This document shows positions 21,590-33,868 of a stretch of DNA of 64,000 nucleotides, one piece after another; position 1 is the stretch's first letter, and every line of letters starts with the position of its first letter. The notes below the pieces were generated by a model that saw only the letters and a program-made list of their open reading frames with translations, did no database searches and was not told where the DNA came from. Both the position numbers and the translations under genes were made by a program. The stretch is from Endomicrobium sp. (GTDB lineage: Bacteria; Elusimicrobiota; Endomicrobiia; Endomicrobiales; Endomicrobiaceae): NCBI GenBank assembly GCA_031260705.1, contig JAISLA010000003.1:76615-140614 (forward strand). Reading direction: 5' to 3'.

Positions 21590-22517
21590 ATCAAAGAAAA
21601 TTAAATTCATTTTTCAACATATTTCTTTCTTATATTATTCCATTCAGTCAAATGAAAACCTTTAACTTCTGTAGAATTCTCAGCATCGCTTATCAAATTT
21701 TTTTGTATAACTTTTTAAAAAATCATCGTAACTATCTATAAACCTTAAATAATGTTTTAACGTAGTAATAATACCGTTTACTATTATATCTATATTTTGT
21801 AACCTCTTAAAATTTAAGAGGTATGAACTTTCAAAGGAACAAGCCATTTATCTTTGTATCTTTCAAAACGATTTAATAAAATTTCATATATTGAATATAT
21901 TGCTATAACCGGCAATCTTGAACTCAATCTACATTCAAAATGCTCCGAAAGCATATCAGTTATCAAATTAATATTTAAGATTTTATTATTACCTAAGATT
22001 CGAGACTTTGTATTCTTAAAAAAGCTTCATCTATTTTTGACAATTTTATTAACCTAAAAAGCAAATATTTTAAATATTGTTCAGGGTTAGTCCCTTTTAC
22101 TTCTATTTGCTCAAAAATATTTAAAAAACTATTTTTAAGTTCTTTATCTCTAATTTTTAAATTTTGTCCATCCTCTTTTGTCCATTTTATTTGTTTCCTT
22201 GTTGCCAGTGTTAAAAAAGCATTTTCTTTATTTGCATATTTGGGGAAATTATTTTTAAAAAATGGAGTTGTTACTCTTGTGTCCAACACTCTTGCAGAAT
22301 AACCGTTAGCAAAATCAACTCTATGAAGACGTACATCTTGTTTTGGTGAAGAAATTTTTTTTATTAAACTTGTAATAATTGCAGAAATTAACGATTTGTT
22401 ACATTCCATCTTTTTTATCATTACATCAATATCTTTTTGAATGTCATTCGGAATAGTTTTAATATTTAGCTTTCCGGCATCTTGATACAACTTTTCTAAT
22501 ATTATATTCTCTTTCAT
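21590..22517 (-). pseudogene. Type II restriction endonuclease pseudogene
   Basis: 174-aa N-terminal fragment, then frameshifted SSRLPVIAIYSIYE..PLKVHTS*, an apparent internal deletion, and a C-terminal IVNGIITTLKHYLRFID fragment. It overlaps the MTase stop (ATGA). Confidence 0.65.
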
Positions 22518-23549
22518 AAATAAAACTCTTGTTGAAAATCTGTCTTTCTCAACCTTTCCTCTGAAAGTTTTACATACTCCGAATTAATCTCAATTCCTAA
22601 ATACTTCCTATTAAGTTTTTTAGCAGCTATACATGTAGTTCCGCTTCCACAAAACGGATCTAAAACTAAATCTTTTTTTTTGACAGTAATTTTATTAATT
22701 CTTGCACTATATACAACGGGATGTTTATTCTCTTTAGTTACTTCTACGGGGCTTTCAATCAAATCCCTTTTTATTGCATTACTCAAAATCTTAATAATAG
22801 TAAAACCATTTTTTTATTTGATTATTTCTACCACCATCCATTCCTCCGTATGCTTCCTTAAATACCTTTTATTTCGCCTTTCTGTACAAATAATATCGCT
22901 TCCTCTAATGCTTTTCTCGCATTTTGTTTTTCTAAGCCCGTCAATTTTGAATTTTCTATCATTCCAAAATATTTCTTACCAAGTCTTGATGATAGTTTAG
23001 AACTTAAATTTTTATTTAAGCTATCAAAATGCCGCAAATAATTATCTAAGTTAAAACAATAATCTTTAGATTTTACAAAAATGAAAAAAGGTTCAGTTGC
23101 TTGTATAAGTTTTCTTTTTTCCTGTCTGGGTGCAGGATTAAGCTTTGACCACATAATTTGATTGATTAAAAATACTTTCTTTACTCTCCGTTGCCCTTAT
23201 TGCAAATTTATATGGTAATAATGCCAATGCACCGGTTTAGGTATTTATCGCCTAAATTGAAAACTATTGCTCCTGTCTTCTTAGTAACACGAACAGTCTC
23301 ATAGAAAATTTCCATTAAACTGTCTAAATATTGGGTTTCCGTTTCTTCATTGCCTATCCCACATCCACCATTTCCATAATCTTTTTGTTGAAAATATGGT
23401 GGCGAGGTTATAACTAAATCTACAGTTTTATCAGGAATATTTTTTAAAATATATAAACTGTTTCCATAAATAATTCTATTGATAAAATTACTTTGTCCAA
23501 TTGTTTCATTAACCGGAGATAAATTATAAATTTTTTTGCCTAACTGCAT
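22514..23549 (-). pseudogene. Amino (probably N4-cytosine) DNA methyltransferase, beta class, in three fragments
   Basis: TSPPY catalytic motif (23208-23549), WSK.NP middle fragment, HP...[14 protein letters not shown]-binding motif (22514-22786); frameshifted. Confidence 0.85.
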
Positions 23550-23853
23550 AATATTTTATTACTTCCAAGATAAGCGGTTTGATATCTAAATCTAAGTACT
23601 TTCTTATAGTTAGTTCTTGCCTCTTAAAAATCACAAATAATACATCTTCCGGTTTCTACCTCTCCTGATATTTTAACAATAAAATCAACATACTTTCTGT
23701 CTTAAAGAATAAAAACTGAATATTTCGAGGAATTCGTCCTCTCAATATTACACACAAAAAAAGCCAAATTTCCACTCATCGTTTAGAGGGGGGGGGAACA
23801 AAAACCGATTACTTTTCTTTTTTACTTCCGACACAGCATATCATATCGCGTCA

Positions 23854-26364
<2,511 letters not shown>

Positions 26365-26394
26365 TCAATTTTTCTACTCGAAATATAAGATATA

Positions 26395-26697
26395 CTATTT
26401 TATCTCTACTTTTATATTCTTTATTTTTGAACTGCCGATATACTGGTTTAACTTTTTTATTATTTCCTTTTTGCGAGCTGTGAGCTCGAAGCTTGCAGTT
26501 GAACTCTGCGTCTGTGCAAAAATCGTGCCGCTTTTATATCCGCTTATTTCAATGCCGCTTATACCTACCTCTTTCTCCCAGATTTTTCTTACAGTAAAAA
26601 AATCTTCGTCTAAACCCAGATTTTTCTTTAATAAACTAATTATTTCCTCAGACCGCGTCCAAGACACTTCTATACTCTCATCGGCATCACGACGCAA
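26395..26697 (-). CDS. DUF721/DciA-like protein (true start probably near 26667)
   Basis: About 90-100 aa with a W.K.VG...G.IF....SS....EL..RKKEII.KLN pattern; typical position between dnaN and gyrB. Confidence 0.7.
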   Translation of the reverse strand: MRRDADESIEVSWTRSEEIISLLKKNLGLDEDFFTVRKIWEKEVGISGIEISGYKSGTIFAQTQSSTASFELTARKKEIIKKLNQYIGSSKIKNIKVEIK

Positions 26698-27791
26698 AGA
26701 TAGTTTTCATCCGTTTCAGGATATATTACCGCAGGATTTAAAGAATTAGTAAATTCAAATATCGCTGAATCTTTATCAATGTTTTGGAAAATTTCTTTTA
26801 TAAAATCAGGATTAAAATTAATCTCTACCGGATCATTTTTATATTCAATTTCAAGTTCGGTTTCACCTGAACCGATTCCAGCTGATGAAGCTGAGATTTT
26901 CAAAAGATCTTGACTGAAACAAAACTTCACTGCCGACGATCTGTCTGATGAAAGACGGTTATCGGTCAAAAGAGACATCTGTTTTACCGCAGTAAGCGCA
27001 TTTTTTACGTTAAGTTTTACCTTTAAATCTGATTTTTTAGGTATAACCTGCTCATAGTTTGGAAATGCCCCTTCTATAAGCGTTGAAAGTAGAGTTACAT
27101 CGTTGATTTCTGCAGAAATCCGATTGTCTGAAATGCCTATTTTTATGTCTTCATAGTTTATATCTAAAGAAAGAAGTCTTAATACGTCATTTACTGCTTT
27201 TGTCGGAACGATGGCTTTTTCTTTTATTTCTGCTTGTGTTATATTAGCCTTAATATAAGCAAGTCTCCTGCCGTCTGTGGCAACTATTTCAAGTTTGCCG
27301 TCTCCAAGTACAAAGTAAACTCCGTTCAAAACGTATCTCTGTGAATCTCTTGACGCTGCAAAAACAGTCTTTTTGAGCATTGAGGCAAATATTTCCCTTT
27401 TAATCGTAAAATTGTTGTTTTCAGGAGGTTCTGGTATCACGGGGTATTCTGTTTTTGAAATTCCCATAAGATTAAATTTTGATTTTCCGGATTTAATATT
27501 TATCTGATTTGTTTCATCGGCTTTAATTTCTATTTCATCGTCAGCAGAAAGCTCTTTTATAATATCTGCAAATCTCTTAGAGGGTATCGTAATTCCGCCG
27601 TCTTCTGTTATTTCTCCCTTAATATAACACTGTATGGCTATTTCAAGGTCAGTAGATGAAAGTTTTATTTTATCCCTTTCGGTTTCGAATAGGAAATTTG
27701 ACAAGGCAGGAAGTGTATTTTTAGATGGTGTTACTGGAGATACTATCTGAATTCCTCTTATTAATTCTTCTTTTCCACAAATTACTTTCAT
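26670..27791 (-). CDS. dnaN: DNA polymerase III beta clamp
   Basis: STDLEI, VATDGRRLA, G.FPNY..VIP, C-terminal VVMPMRV. Confidence 0.97.
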   Translation of the reverse strand: MKVICGKEELIRGIQIVSPVTPSKNTLPALSNFLFETERDKIKLSSTDLEIAIQCYIKGEITEDGGITIPSKRFADIIKELSADDEIEIKADETNQINIKSGKSKFNLMGISKTEYPVIPEPPENNNFTIKREIFASMLKKTVFAASRDSQRYVLNGVYFVLGDGKLEIVATDGRRLAYIKANITQAEIKEKAIVPTKAVNDVLRLLSLDINYEDIKIGISDNRISAEINDVTLLSTLIEGAFPNYEQVIPKKSDLKVKLNVKNALTAVKQMSLLTDNRLSSDRSSAVKFCFSQDLLKISASSAGIGSGETELEIEYKNDPVEINFNPDFIKEIFQNIDKDSAIFEFTNSLNPAVIYPETDENYLCVVMPMRV

Positions 27792-28012
27792 TTACCTTCT
27801 CCTAAATTTCCATAAAAGTATATTAGTTACTATAATGTCCTGTATATTGTTGATAAGTCTTTTTGAATGCTGAAAAAAATATAATTATCAAACAAAATTT
27901 ATAAAAATTTAATGAGGATAACTATATTAATAAAACAATGAAGTTATTATAATTATTAGTTTACTTTTGTATTATACCAATTTTTTATGTTTTATGCACA
28001 GAGTTATTCTTC
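27792..28012. promoter_or_regulatory. Probable oriC (dnaA-dnaN intergenic region)
   Basis: Very AT-rich. DnaA-box-like 9-mers: TTATGCACA at 27992-28000 (+), TTATCAACA at 27848-27856 (-), TTATCCTCA at 27913-27921 (-). Confidence 0.7.
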
Positions 28013-29371
28013 TTATTGCTCGTTTCGTATTTTTTTGATAGTCTTATTAATTTTAGCGTTGAAATATGGATCGGAATCCATTTTTTCTTTTATTTTGTTG
28101 CAGGCGTACATGACGGTTGAGTGATCTCTTCCACCGAATGCTTCGCCTATAGTATTGGTTGAAAATTCATCGGTTAGCGTTCTTGCAAGATACATTGCGA
28201 TTTGTCTTGGAAATGCAACGACGTCTGTCCTGCGTTTTGATTTCATATCTCTTATTTCTATGTTGAAATCGTCGGAAATGGCTTTTTGTATATTTTCTAT
28301 TGTTATGTGTTCGGAGTTGTCTGTTCTAATGATGTCTTTGAGCATTTTTTGTGCGGAATCTACAGTTAAAGGTATTCCTGTAAATGCTGAAAAAGCTGTT
28401 ATTCTCAGAAGTGATCCCTCAAGCTGTCTTATGTTTGACTTGATCTGCGTTGCTATATGTAAAATAATATCGTCGGGGATATATATTTTTTCTTCTTCGG
28501 CTTTTTTGCGTAAAATTGCGATTCTTGTTTCTAAATCCGGCGGCTGTATATCTGCTATAATACCCCATTCAAATCTTGAAATGAGTCTTTCTTCAACATC
28601 TTTAAGCTCTTTAGGCGGTCTGTCGGAAGAAATGACTATCTGCTTTTTTAAATTAAAGAGATTATTAAACATGTGGAAAAATTCTTCCTGTGAGCCTTCC
28701 TTGCCTACCAGAAACTGTATGTCATCTATCAATAAACAGTCCAAACTTCTGTATTTGCTTTTGAAAAATGATACTTTATCAAACCGTATTGACTCTATAA
28801 ATTCCGTGACAAATTTCTCACAAGTGACGTAAAGAGCTTTTAGTCTTGATCTTGGCGTTGACTGTTTTATGTGATTTCCTATGGCGTTTAATAAATGCGT
28901 TTTGCCTAGTCCTACTCCGCTGTAAAGAAATAAAGGGTTAAACTGTTTGCCGGGATTTTTTGCAACCGCTTCGGAACATCCATGTGCGAATCTGTTTGAA
29001 GCGCCGACAACAAATCCGGAAAAAACGTATTTAGGATTTATCTGATCTTTCTGTATTATCGGCACTTGAACATCTTCATGGTCAGGCATATCTTCAACTT
29101 TTTTTATTATATCGGATATATTTTGCTGTGGTTTTAACTCTAAAACTATTTGTTGTCCGCATGAATCGGACAAAATTTGCTCGATATTTTTTTGTTGGTT
29201 GCTTGTTATCCACTGCGAAAAATAGATATTTGGCACTTCTAAAGTAAAAATATTATTTTCAAGTGTTAGAGGTTTTATAGGTGAAATCCATAGATTATAA
29301 GTTTCAGGGGTTACGGACAGTTTAATATTGTTTATGACTTTTTGCCATAAATCAGATACGGAAATTTTCAT
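28013..29371 (-). CDS. dnaA: Chromosomal replication initiator DnaA
   Basis: FNPLFLYSGVGLGKTHL, LLIDDIQF, RLISRF.WG, FGGRDHSTV; full length at 452 aa. Confidence 0.98.
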   Translation of the reverse strand: MKISVSDLWQKVINNIKLSVTPETYNLWISPIKPLTLENNIFTLEVPNIYFSQWITSNQQKNIEQILSDSCGQQIVLELKPQQNISDIIKKVEDMPDHEDVQVPIIQKDQINPKYVFSGFVVGASNRFAHGCSEAVAKNPGKQFNPLFLYSGVGLGKTHLLNAIGNHIKQSTPRSRLKALYVTCEKFVTEFIESIRFDKVSFFKSKYRSLDCLLIDDIQFLVGKEGSQEEFFHMFNNLFNLKKQIVISSDRPPKELKDVEERLISRFEWGIIADIQPPDLETRIAILRKKAEEEKIYIPDDIILHIATQIKSNIRQLEGSLLRITAFSAFTGIPLTVDSAQKMLKDIIRTDNSEHITIENIQKAISDDFNIEIRDMKSKRRTDVVAFPRQIAMYLARTLTDEFSTNTIGEAFGGRDHSTVMYACNKIKEKMDSDPYFNAKINKTIKKIRNEQ

Positions 29372-29469
29372 ATAATCCTCAAGTTATTTACAACTTAAAC
29401 AATTTAATCAACAACAGAAAGGAATTAAGCGGTTTTTAATGAAAAAAAGAAGCTTTTATACACTATAAA
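29372..29469. promoter_or_regulatory. dnaA upstream region with degenerate DnaA boxes
   Basis: TTATTTACA at 29384-29392, TAATCAACA at 29405-29413, TTATACACT at 29456-29464. Confidence 0.45.
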
Positions 29470-30282
29470 TTATATGCTTTCTATTATATATTTTCTCGTT
29501 TCGTCTGTCAAGCGTAAGAAATTTGGAATTGAAAACTTGTCAGGTCTTAAAAATGGGTCTAAAGCGCAGGTGTTGAGAACATGAGCGGCTTTGCTCTTTT
29601 CTAAATTTTTAAATGAACTTAAACAGTTTAGAATTGTCTTCCTTCGCGTTTTGAAAGCATGTTTTACAAAATCAAAAAAAATGGGATCGGGTGGCTCTGG
29701 CACTTTATTTGTAAGTTTTATAACGGAAGAGATAACTTTCGGAGACGGGCTGAAACATCTAGGCGCAACGTCAAATAAGATTTTGCAATCGGCATAATAT
29801 GAAGTAAATATTGAAATATAACCGTAAGCTTTGCTGCCCGGCCGGGCAGCAAGCCGCTGTATGACTTCTTTTTGAAGCATAAAAACGGCAGTAGTCCAGT
29901 TTTTTAGAGGCAGGATTTTTTGAATTATTGCCGTGCCGACATTGTACGGAAGATTGGAAATAATTTTAAGTTCGGTGTTTGGGATATTGCATTTGAGAAA
30001 ATCCGCATTTATAATTTTGATATTCCGTGCACCGTGAAAAGAAAAATAATGGTTTAATTGCTGGGACAGAACCGCGTCTGTTTCAACTGCGGCTAAATAT
30101 TTAACCTGTAACTGTATAATCTTTGTTAAAATGCCTTTGCCTGGTCCGATCTCAAGAACTTTGTCGTATTTCTCTAAATTTGCGGCTTTAATGATGTTAT
30201 TTGCAATGTTATTGTCTATTAAAAAGTTCTGTCCGTCTTTTTGATGCATACTTTTTCCTATATATATTATGCTTGAAATCAA
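29470..30282 (-). CDS. rsmA: 16S rRNA m6,2A dimethyltransferase
   Basis: GQNFL, LEIGPGKG, SNLPY, MLQKEV. Confidence 0.95.
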   Translation of the reverse strand: MISSIIYIGKSMHQKDGQNFLIDNNIANNIIKAANLEKYDKVLEIGPGKGILTKIIQLQVKYLAAVETDAVLSQQLNHYFSFHGARNIKIINADFLKCNIPNTELKIISNLPYNVGTAIIQKILPLKNWTTAVFMLQKEVIQRLAARPGSKAYGYISIFTSYYADCKILFDVAPRCFSPSPKVISSVIKLTNKVPEPPDPIFFDFVKHAFKTRRKTILNCLSSFKNLEKSKAAHVLNTCALDPFLRPDKFSIPNFLRLTDETRKYIIESI

Positions 30283-30425
30283 GAAAAGGTTTTGTTTTTG
30301 TCGGGTTTTCAGATTATCAGAGAATTTGGAAAACTGTTTTTCTGAGGATCTTCGTCTCTAACATAGCGGAAATTATATTCCAAGACAGGCTTGGAATATT
30401 AGAGTAAATAAATTCACTTTCGGGC

Positions 30426-31478
30426 TTAACTACTTGCGAACAATCTGCCTATACCTAATCTCAGCAAATCGCTGTATGTCGCAAAAAGGAAAATGCCTAT
30501 CATGAGAATCAATCCTGTTGTATTATAAACTTGAACAACTTTTGTGCTTATCTGTTTTCTTATAATTCTTTCGACAAGAAATAATAATATCATCCCGCCG
30601 TCAACCATAGGAATAGGGAAAAGATTGAATAGTCCCAAAGCAACTGATATAACTGCAATTAATCTTAAATAATCCTGCATTCCCATTTTTGCAGCGTTTG
30701 CCATAACCTGCATAATGCCTATAGGTCCTGAAATTTCTGGCTTTTCCAGCGATATAACTTTATCCGCAAGATATACAACAGGCACAATCGTGTTAACTAT
30801 TGAGGTTTCAACTCCGAGATATATGGATTCCAAAACTCCCGCTTTTATTTTTACCGGAGTTATACCTATTGTTCCTATCCCTGTTACAGTGTTTTTTGCA
30901 ACAATCATGTTTAATTCAAAAGAACTGTCTCCTCTCTCTATTAAAAAAGAAGTTTGTTTATTCGCTTTGTCTTTTAAATTGGCACTCAGATCATTCCATG
31001 TATTTATTTCAACAGAATCTATTGATTTTATTTTATCTCCAGGCATAATTCCAGCAGTTTCGGCAGGATAATTTTTGACTACAGCGCCTACGGAAAGATC
31101 TGCAGGTATCTTTACCACGCCCCATATATTAAAAATAAGAGCAAAAAGAAAAACAGCCAAGATATAATTTGAAAAAGGACCTGCAAATGATATCAATATT
31201 TTTTTATACCATTTAAGAGATAAGTATTCTCCATCGCCGCCTGTGGCTTCTTCAGGATTTTCACCTGCCATTATAACAAATCCGCCGAAAGGAATAATCT
31301 TTATGCAGTATTTTGTGCCGTTATAGGTGTGTTTTATTAAATCTGGACCGAAACCGAAAGAAAAAGTTAATACTCTGACTTTACACATTTTTGCAGCAAG
31401 AAAATGTCCCAGCTCATGCATAAAAATTAAAAATCCAAATCCAACCGTAATACCAAGTATCTGAAGAATTATAGTCAT
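30426..31478 (-). CDS. rseP: RIP metalloprotease RseP (M50 with PDZ domain)
   Basis: HELGH, FSFGFG, AGPFSN, NLFPIPMVDGG. Confidence 0.93.
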   Translation of the reverse strand: MTIILQILGITVGFGFLIFMHELGHFLAAKMCKVRVLTFSFGFGPDLIKHTYNGTKYCIKIIPFGGFVIMAGENPEEATGGDGEYLSLKWYKKILISFAGPFSNYILAVFLFALIFNIWGVVKIPADLSVGAVVKNYPAETAGIMPGDKIKSIDSVEINTWNDLSANLKDKANKQTSFLIERGDSSFELNMIVAKNTVTGIGTIGITPVKIKAGVLESIYLGVETSIVNTIVPVVYLADKVISLEKPEISGPIGIMQVMANAAKMGMQDYLRLIAVISVALGLFNLFPIPMVDGGMILLFLVERIIRKQISTKVVQVYNTTGLILMIGIFLFATYSDLLRLGIGRLFASS

Positions 31479-31600
31479 TTATATTTCCTACGTTTAAATT
31501 AAATAGCTTGCTAAGCATTATAGCATGTTTTATCTGGAATGAAAATGCTTCTAAAATACGCTTTTGAATTCTTTCTGAAATGAAAAGTGGAAAAAATCGT

Positions 31601-32971
31601 TTACTTGCCTATACAAAAAGTGGAAAAAATCGTGTCTAAAATATCCTGCTTCACATTTATTCCTAAAATTTCGTTTAATGCTGTTTGAGCGTTTAGAGCT
31701 TCAAAACAGGCAATTTCATCTGCATCTTTTGCATATATCGCCTGTTTTGTTCTTATTAGGGATTCTAAAGTGTTTTGCAGCAGAATAAAATGACGGGAAT
31801 TTATCATTAAATAATCATTTTGGGACTCTGAAAAACCGGCGATTTTTATAATTTCGTCTAATAGGTCAGCAATTCCCACTCCTGTTTTAGCGGAGATTTT
31901 TACCTCCGCCTTATTCTCTCTGTTTAGAAGGGAGGATGAAAGAAGAGGGGGTAGATCACTTTTGTTTAATGCGCATATAATGGGTATATTCAAATCGGAC
32001 TTTTTTAAAAAATCTGCTATTTTGACGTCATTGCAGTCCGTTTCCGAAGCGGAATCAAATACCCATATTAATATGTCAGCTTTGCAGACAGTTTCTCTGG
32101 TTTTTTCCTGCCCTAAGATTTCTATTAAGTTTTCAGCGTGATCTCTGATGCCTGCGGTATCTGTGATTGTAAGAGGAATGCCGCAGCAGTCTATTGTTTC
32201 TTCAACGGTATCTGTTGTAGTTCCTGCAATATCTGTGACAATCACTCTGTTTTTGCCTAAAATTGCATTGAGCAGCGACGATTTGCCGGCATTGGGTTTG
32301 CCTATAATTGCGACTTTTATTCCATGCTGTAAAATTTTCCCCGTTTTATGAGAATTTAAAAGATTTTGTACATCTTTTGTGCAAGAATCAAGCCTTGAGA
32401 GTTTTTCAGTGTGCGATAAAAACATAATATCTTCGTCGGGATGGTCTAGATTCGCTTCCATAAAAGCAATAAGATTTGTAACAGCATCTCTGATGTTTTT
32501 TATTTTTGAAGAGAATTCTCCCGAAAGACTGTTTAAAGCGGCTTTTGCGGACATTTCTGTTTTGCTTGTTATCAGAGCGCATACGGCTTCCGCTTCCGCA
32601 AGGTCCATTTTGCCGTTCAAAAATGCTCTGTAGGTAAACTCGCCGGGTTCTGCGGGTCTTGCGCCGTTTTTATATAAGAGATTTAAAATTTCATTTATTA
32701 TTACGGGATTTCCGTGCGCTGCGATTTCTACTAAATTTTCGCCGGTATATGTATGAGGCGCTTTAAAAAAAGTACACAGCACTTCGTCTTTTTTTTCTAT
32801 TCCGTCTGTAATGTACCCGTGCTTAACTTGTTGTTCCGGTTTAGAATGAGTTTTAAATATTTTGTCTATAATCTGAAATGAGTTTTCACCGGACAGACGG
32901 ATAACTGCTATTGCAGATTTTCCGGCGGTAGTTGATAAGGCGGCGATAGCATCTTCTTTTAAGTAATTCAT
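31601..32971 (-). CDS. mnmE: tRNA modification GTPase MnmE
   Basis: GKPNAGKSS, DTAG, NKSD, C-terminal FCIGK. Confidence 0.97.
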   Translation of the reverse strand: MNYLKEDAIAALSTTAGKSAIAVIRLSGENSFQIIDKIFKTHSKPEQQVKHGYITDGIEKKDEVLCTFFKAPHTYTGENLVEIAAHGNPVIINEILNLLYKNGARPAEPGEFTYRAFLNGKMDLAEAEAVCALITSKTEMSAKAALNSLSGEFSSKIKNIRDAVTNLIAFMEANLDHPDEDIMFLSHTEKLSRLDSCTKDVQNLLNSHKTGKILQHGIKVAIIGKPNAGKSSLLNAILGKNRVIVTDIAGTTTDTVEETIDCCGIPLTITDTAGIRDHAENLIEILGQEKTRETVCKADILIWVFDSASETDCNDVKIADFLKKSDLNIPIICALNKSDLPPLLSSSLLNRENKAEVKISAKTGVGIADLLDEIIKIAGFSESQNDYLMINSRHFILLQNTLESLIRTKQAIYAKDADEIACFEALNAQTALNEILGINVKQDILDTIFSTFCIGK

Positions 32972-33271
32972 AATGGCATATTTAACTGTAAGGTTTTCAG
33001 ACCGGCAGAGCCGGGCGGTTTTTGAATTATTTTGACGTTTAAACAGGTCCGCATAACTGTTTATTTACATCTGCAGAAATTGCCGGAGAGAAAGATAATC
33101 TTTGCCTTGCTGCACATCTTTAGCAATTTTTGGAAAATGAATTTTTGCGTTAGAAACTTAGTCGTTTGCACCTGTCTTCTGCTTATCGCTCATTATATAT
33201 AAGCGTATACAAACGTGCTTGTTAATACCGTACTTTATAGTTACTCAAAATAAGAATTTGTGCGTTTTTAC

Positions 33272-33622
33272 TCAGTTGTACATAATGAGCGAAAGCAGCG
33301 TGATAATAATAAAAGGAAGCAACCTCAAAATTATAGTTTTAAAATTCCTTTTTTGGGAAAATTCATAGCTGACAAACAAAATGAGAGCTGCTGTTAAATA
33401 AATCGAGAGCAGCACAGCCGCCAGATATATAAGCGAAGAAATAATCAAGAAATATTTGTCCTGATTTTTCTTTAATCCTTCGGTGTCCTGCATTGTATAG
33501 ATAAATATTGAAATCGAAGCAAACAGCATAGCCAGAAGAGTTGTGAATGAAAATCTTATGCAAGTTCCGGTTATCAGACCTAAAGAAAAAATCACTAATG
33601 TTTGAAAATTCGGCTTTTGCAT
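33272..33622 (-). CDS. Hypothetical membrane protein, possibly a truncated remnant
   Basis: Hydrophobic ORF starting at MQKPNF with about 4 TM segments; no recognisable motif. Confidence 0.35.
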   Translation of the reverse strand: MQKPNFQTLVIFSLGLITGTCIRFSFTTLLAMLFASISIFIYTMQDTEGLKKNQDKYFLIISSLIYLAAVLLSIYLTAALILFVSYEFSQKRNFKTIILRLLPFIIITLLSLIMYN

Positions 33623-33632
33623 AAAATTTTTC

Positions 33633-33854
33633 TCAATAACAGCAACCGCCGGGACATTTGTGTCTGCGGTTGGGGGCAGACGGACAGAAATCTGCGGCAC
33701 TATGACTTGTCGAGGATGTCGTCGATGCGAAACTTGAAAACTGTTTTATGACTTCACTGCTTTTGCATTGAGGGCATTCCGTATTTTCGCTGCCGCAAAC
33801 GAGCATCTCAAATTTTTCATTGCATTTTTTACATATAAATTCAAATAACGGCAT
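33633..33854 (-). CDS. FmdB-family zinc-ribbon protein
   Basis: MPLFEFICKKC...FE...CPQC.S motif. Confidence 0.85.
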   Translation of the reverse strand: MPLFEFICKKCNEKFEMLVCGSENTECPQCKSSEVIKQFSSFASTTSSTSHSAADFCPSAPNRRHKCPGGCCY

Positions 33855-33868
33855 ACTGCACCTCGCTT

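Noticed and set aside
28155-28832. Long antisense ORFs (e.g. 28155-28832, 18602-19210, 33876-34445, 57767-58177)
   Set aside because: These are shadows on the opposite strand of well-supported genes, with no motifs or RBS.
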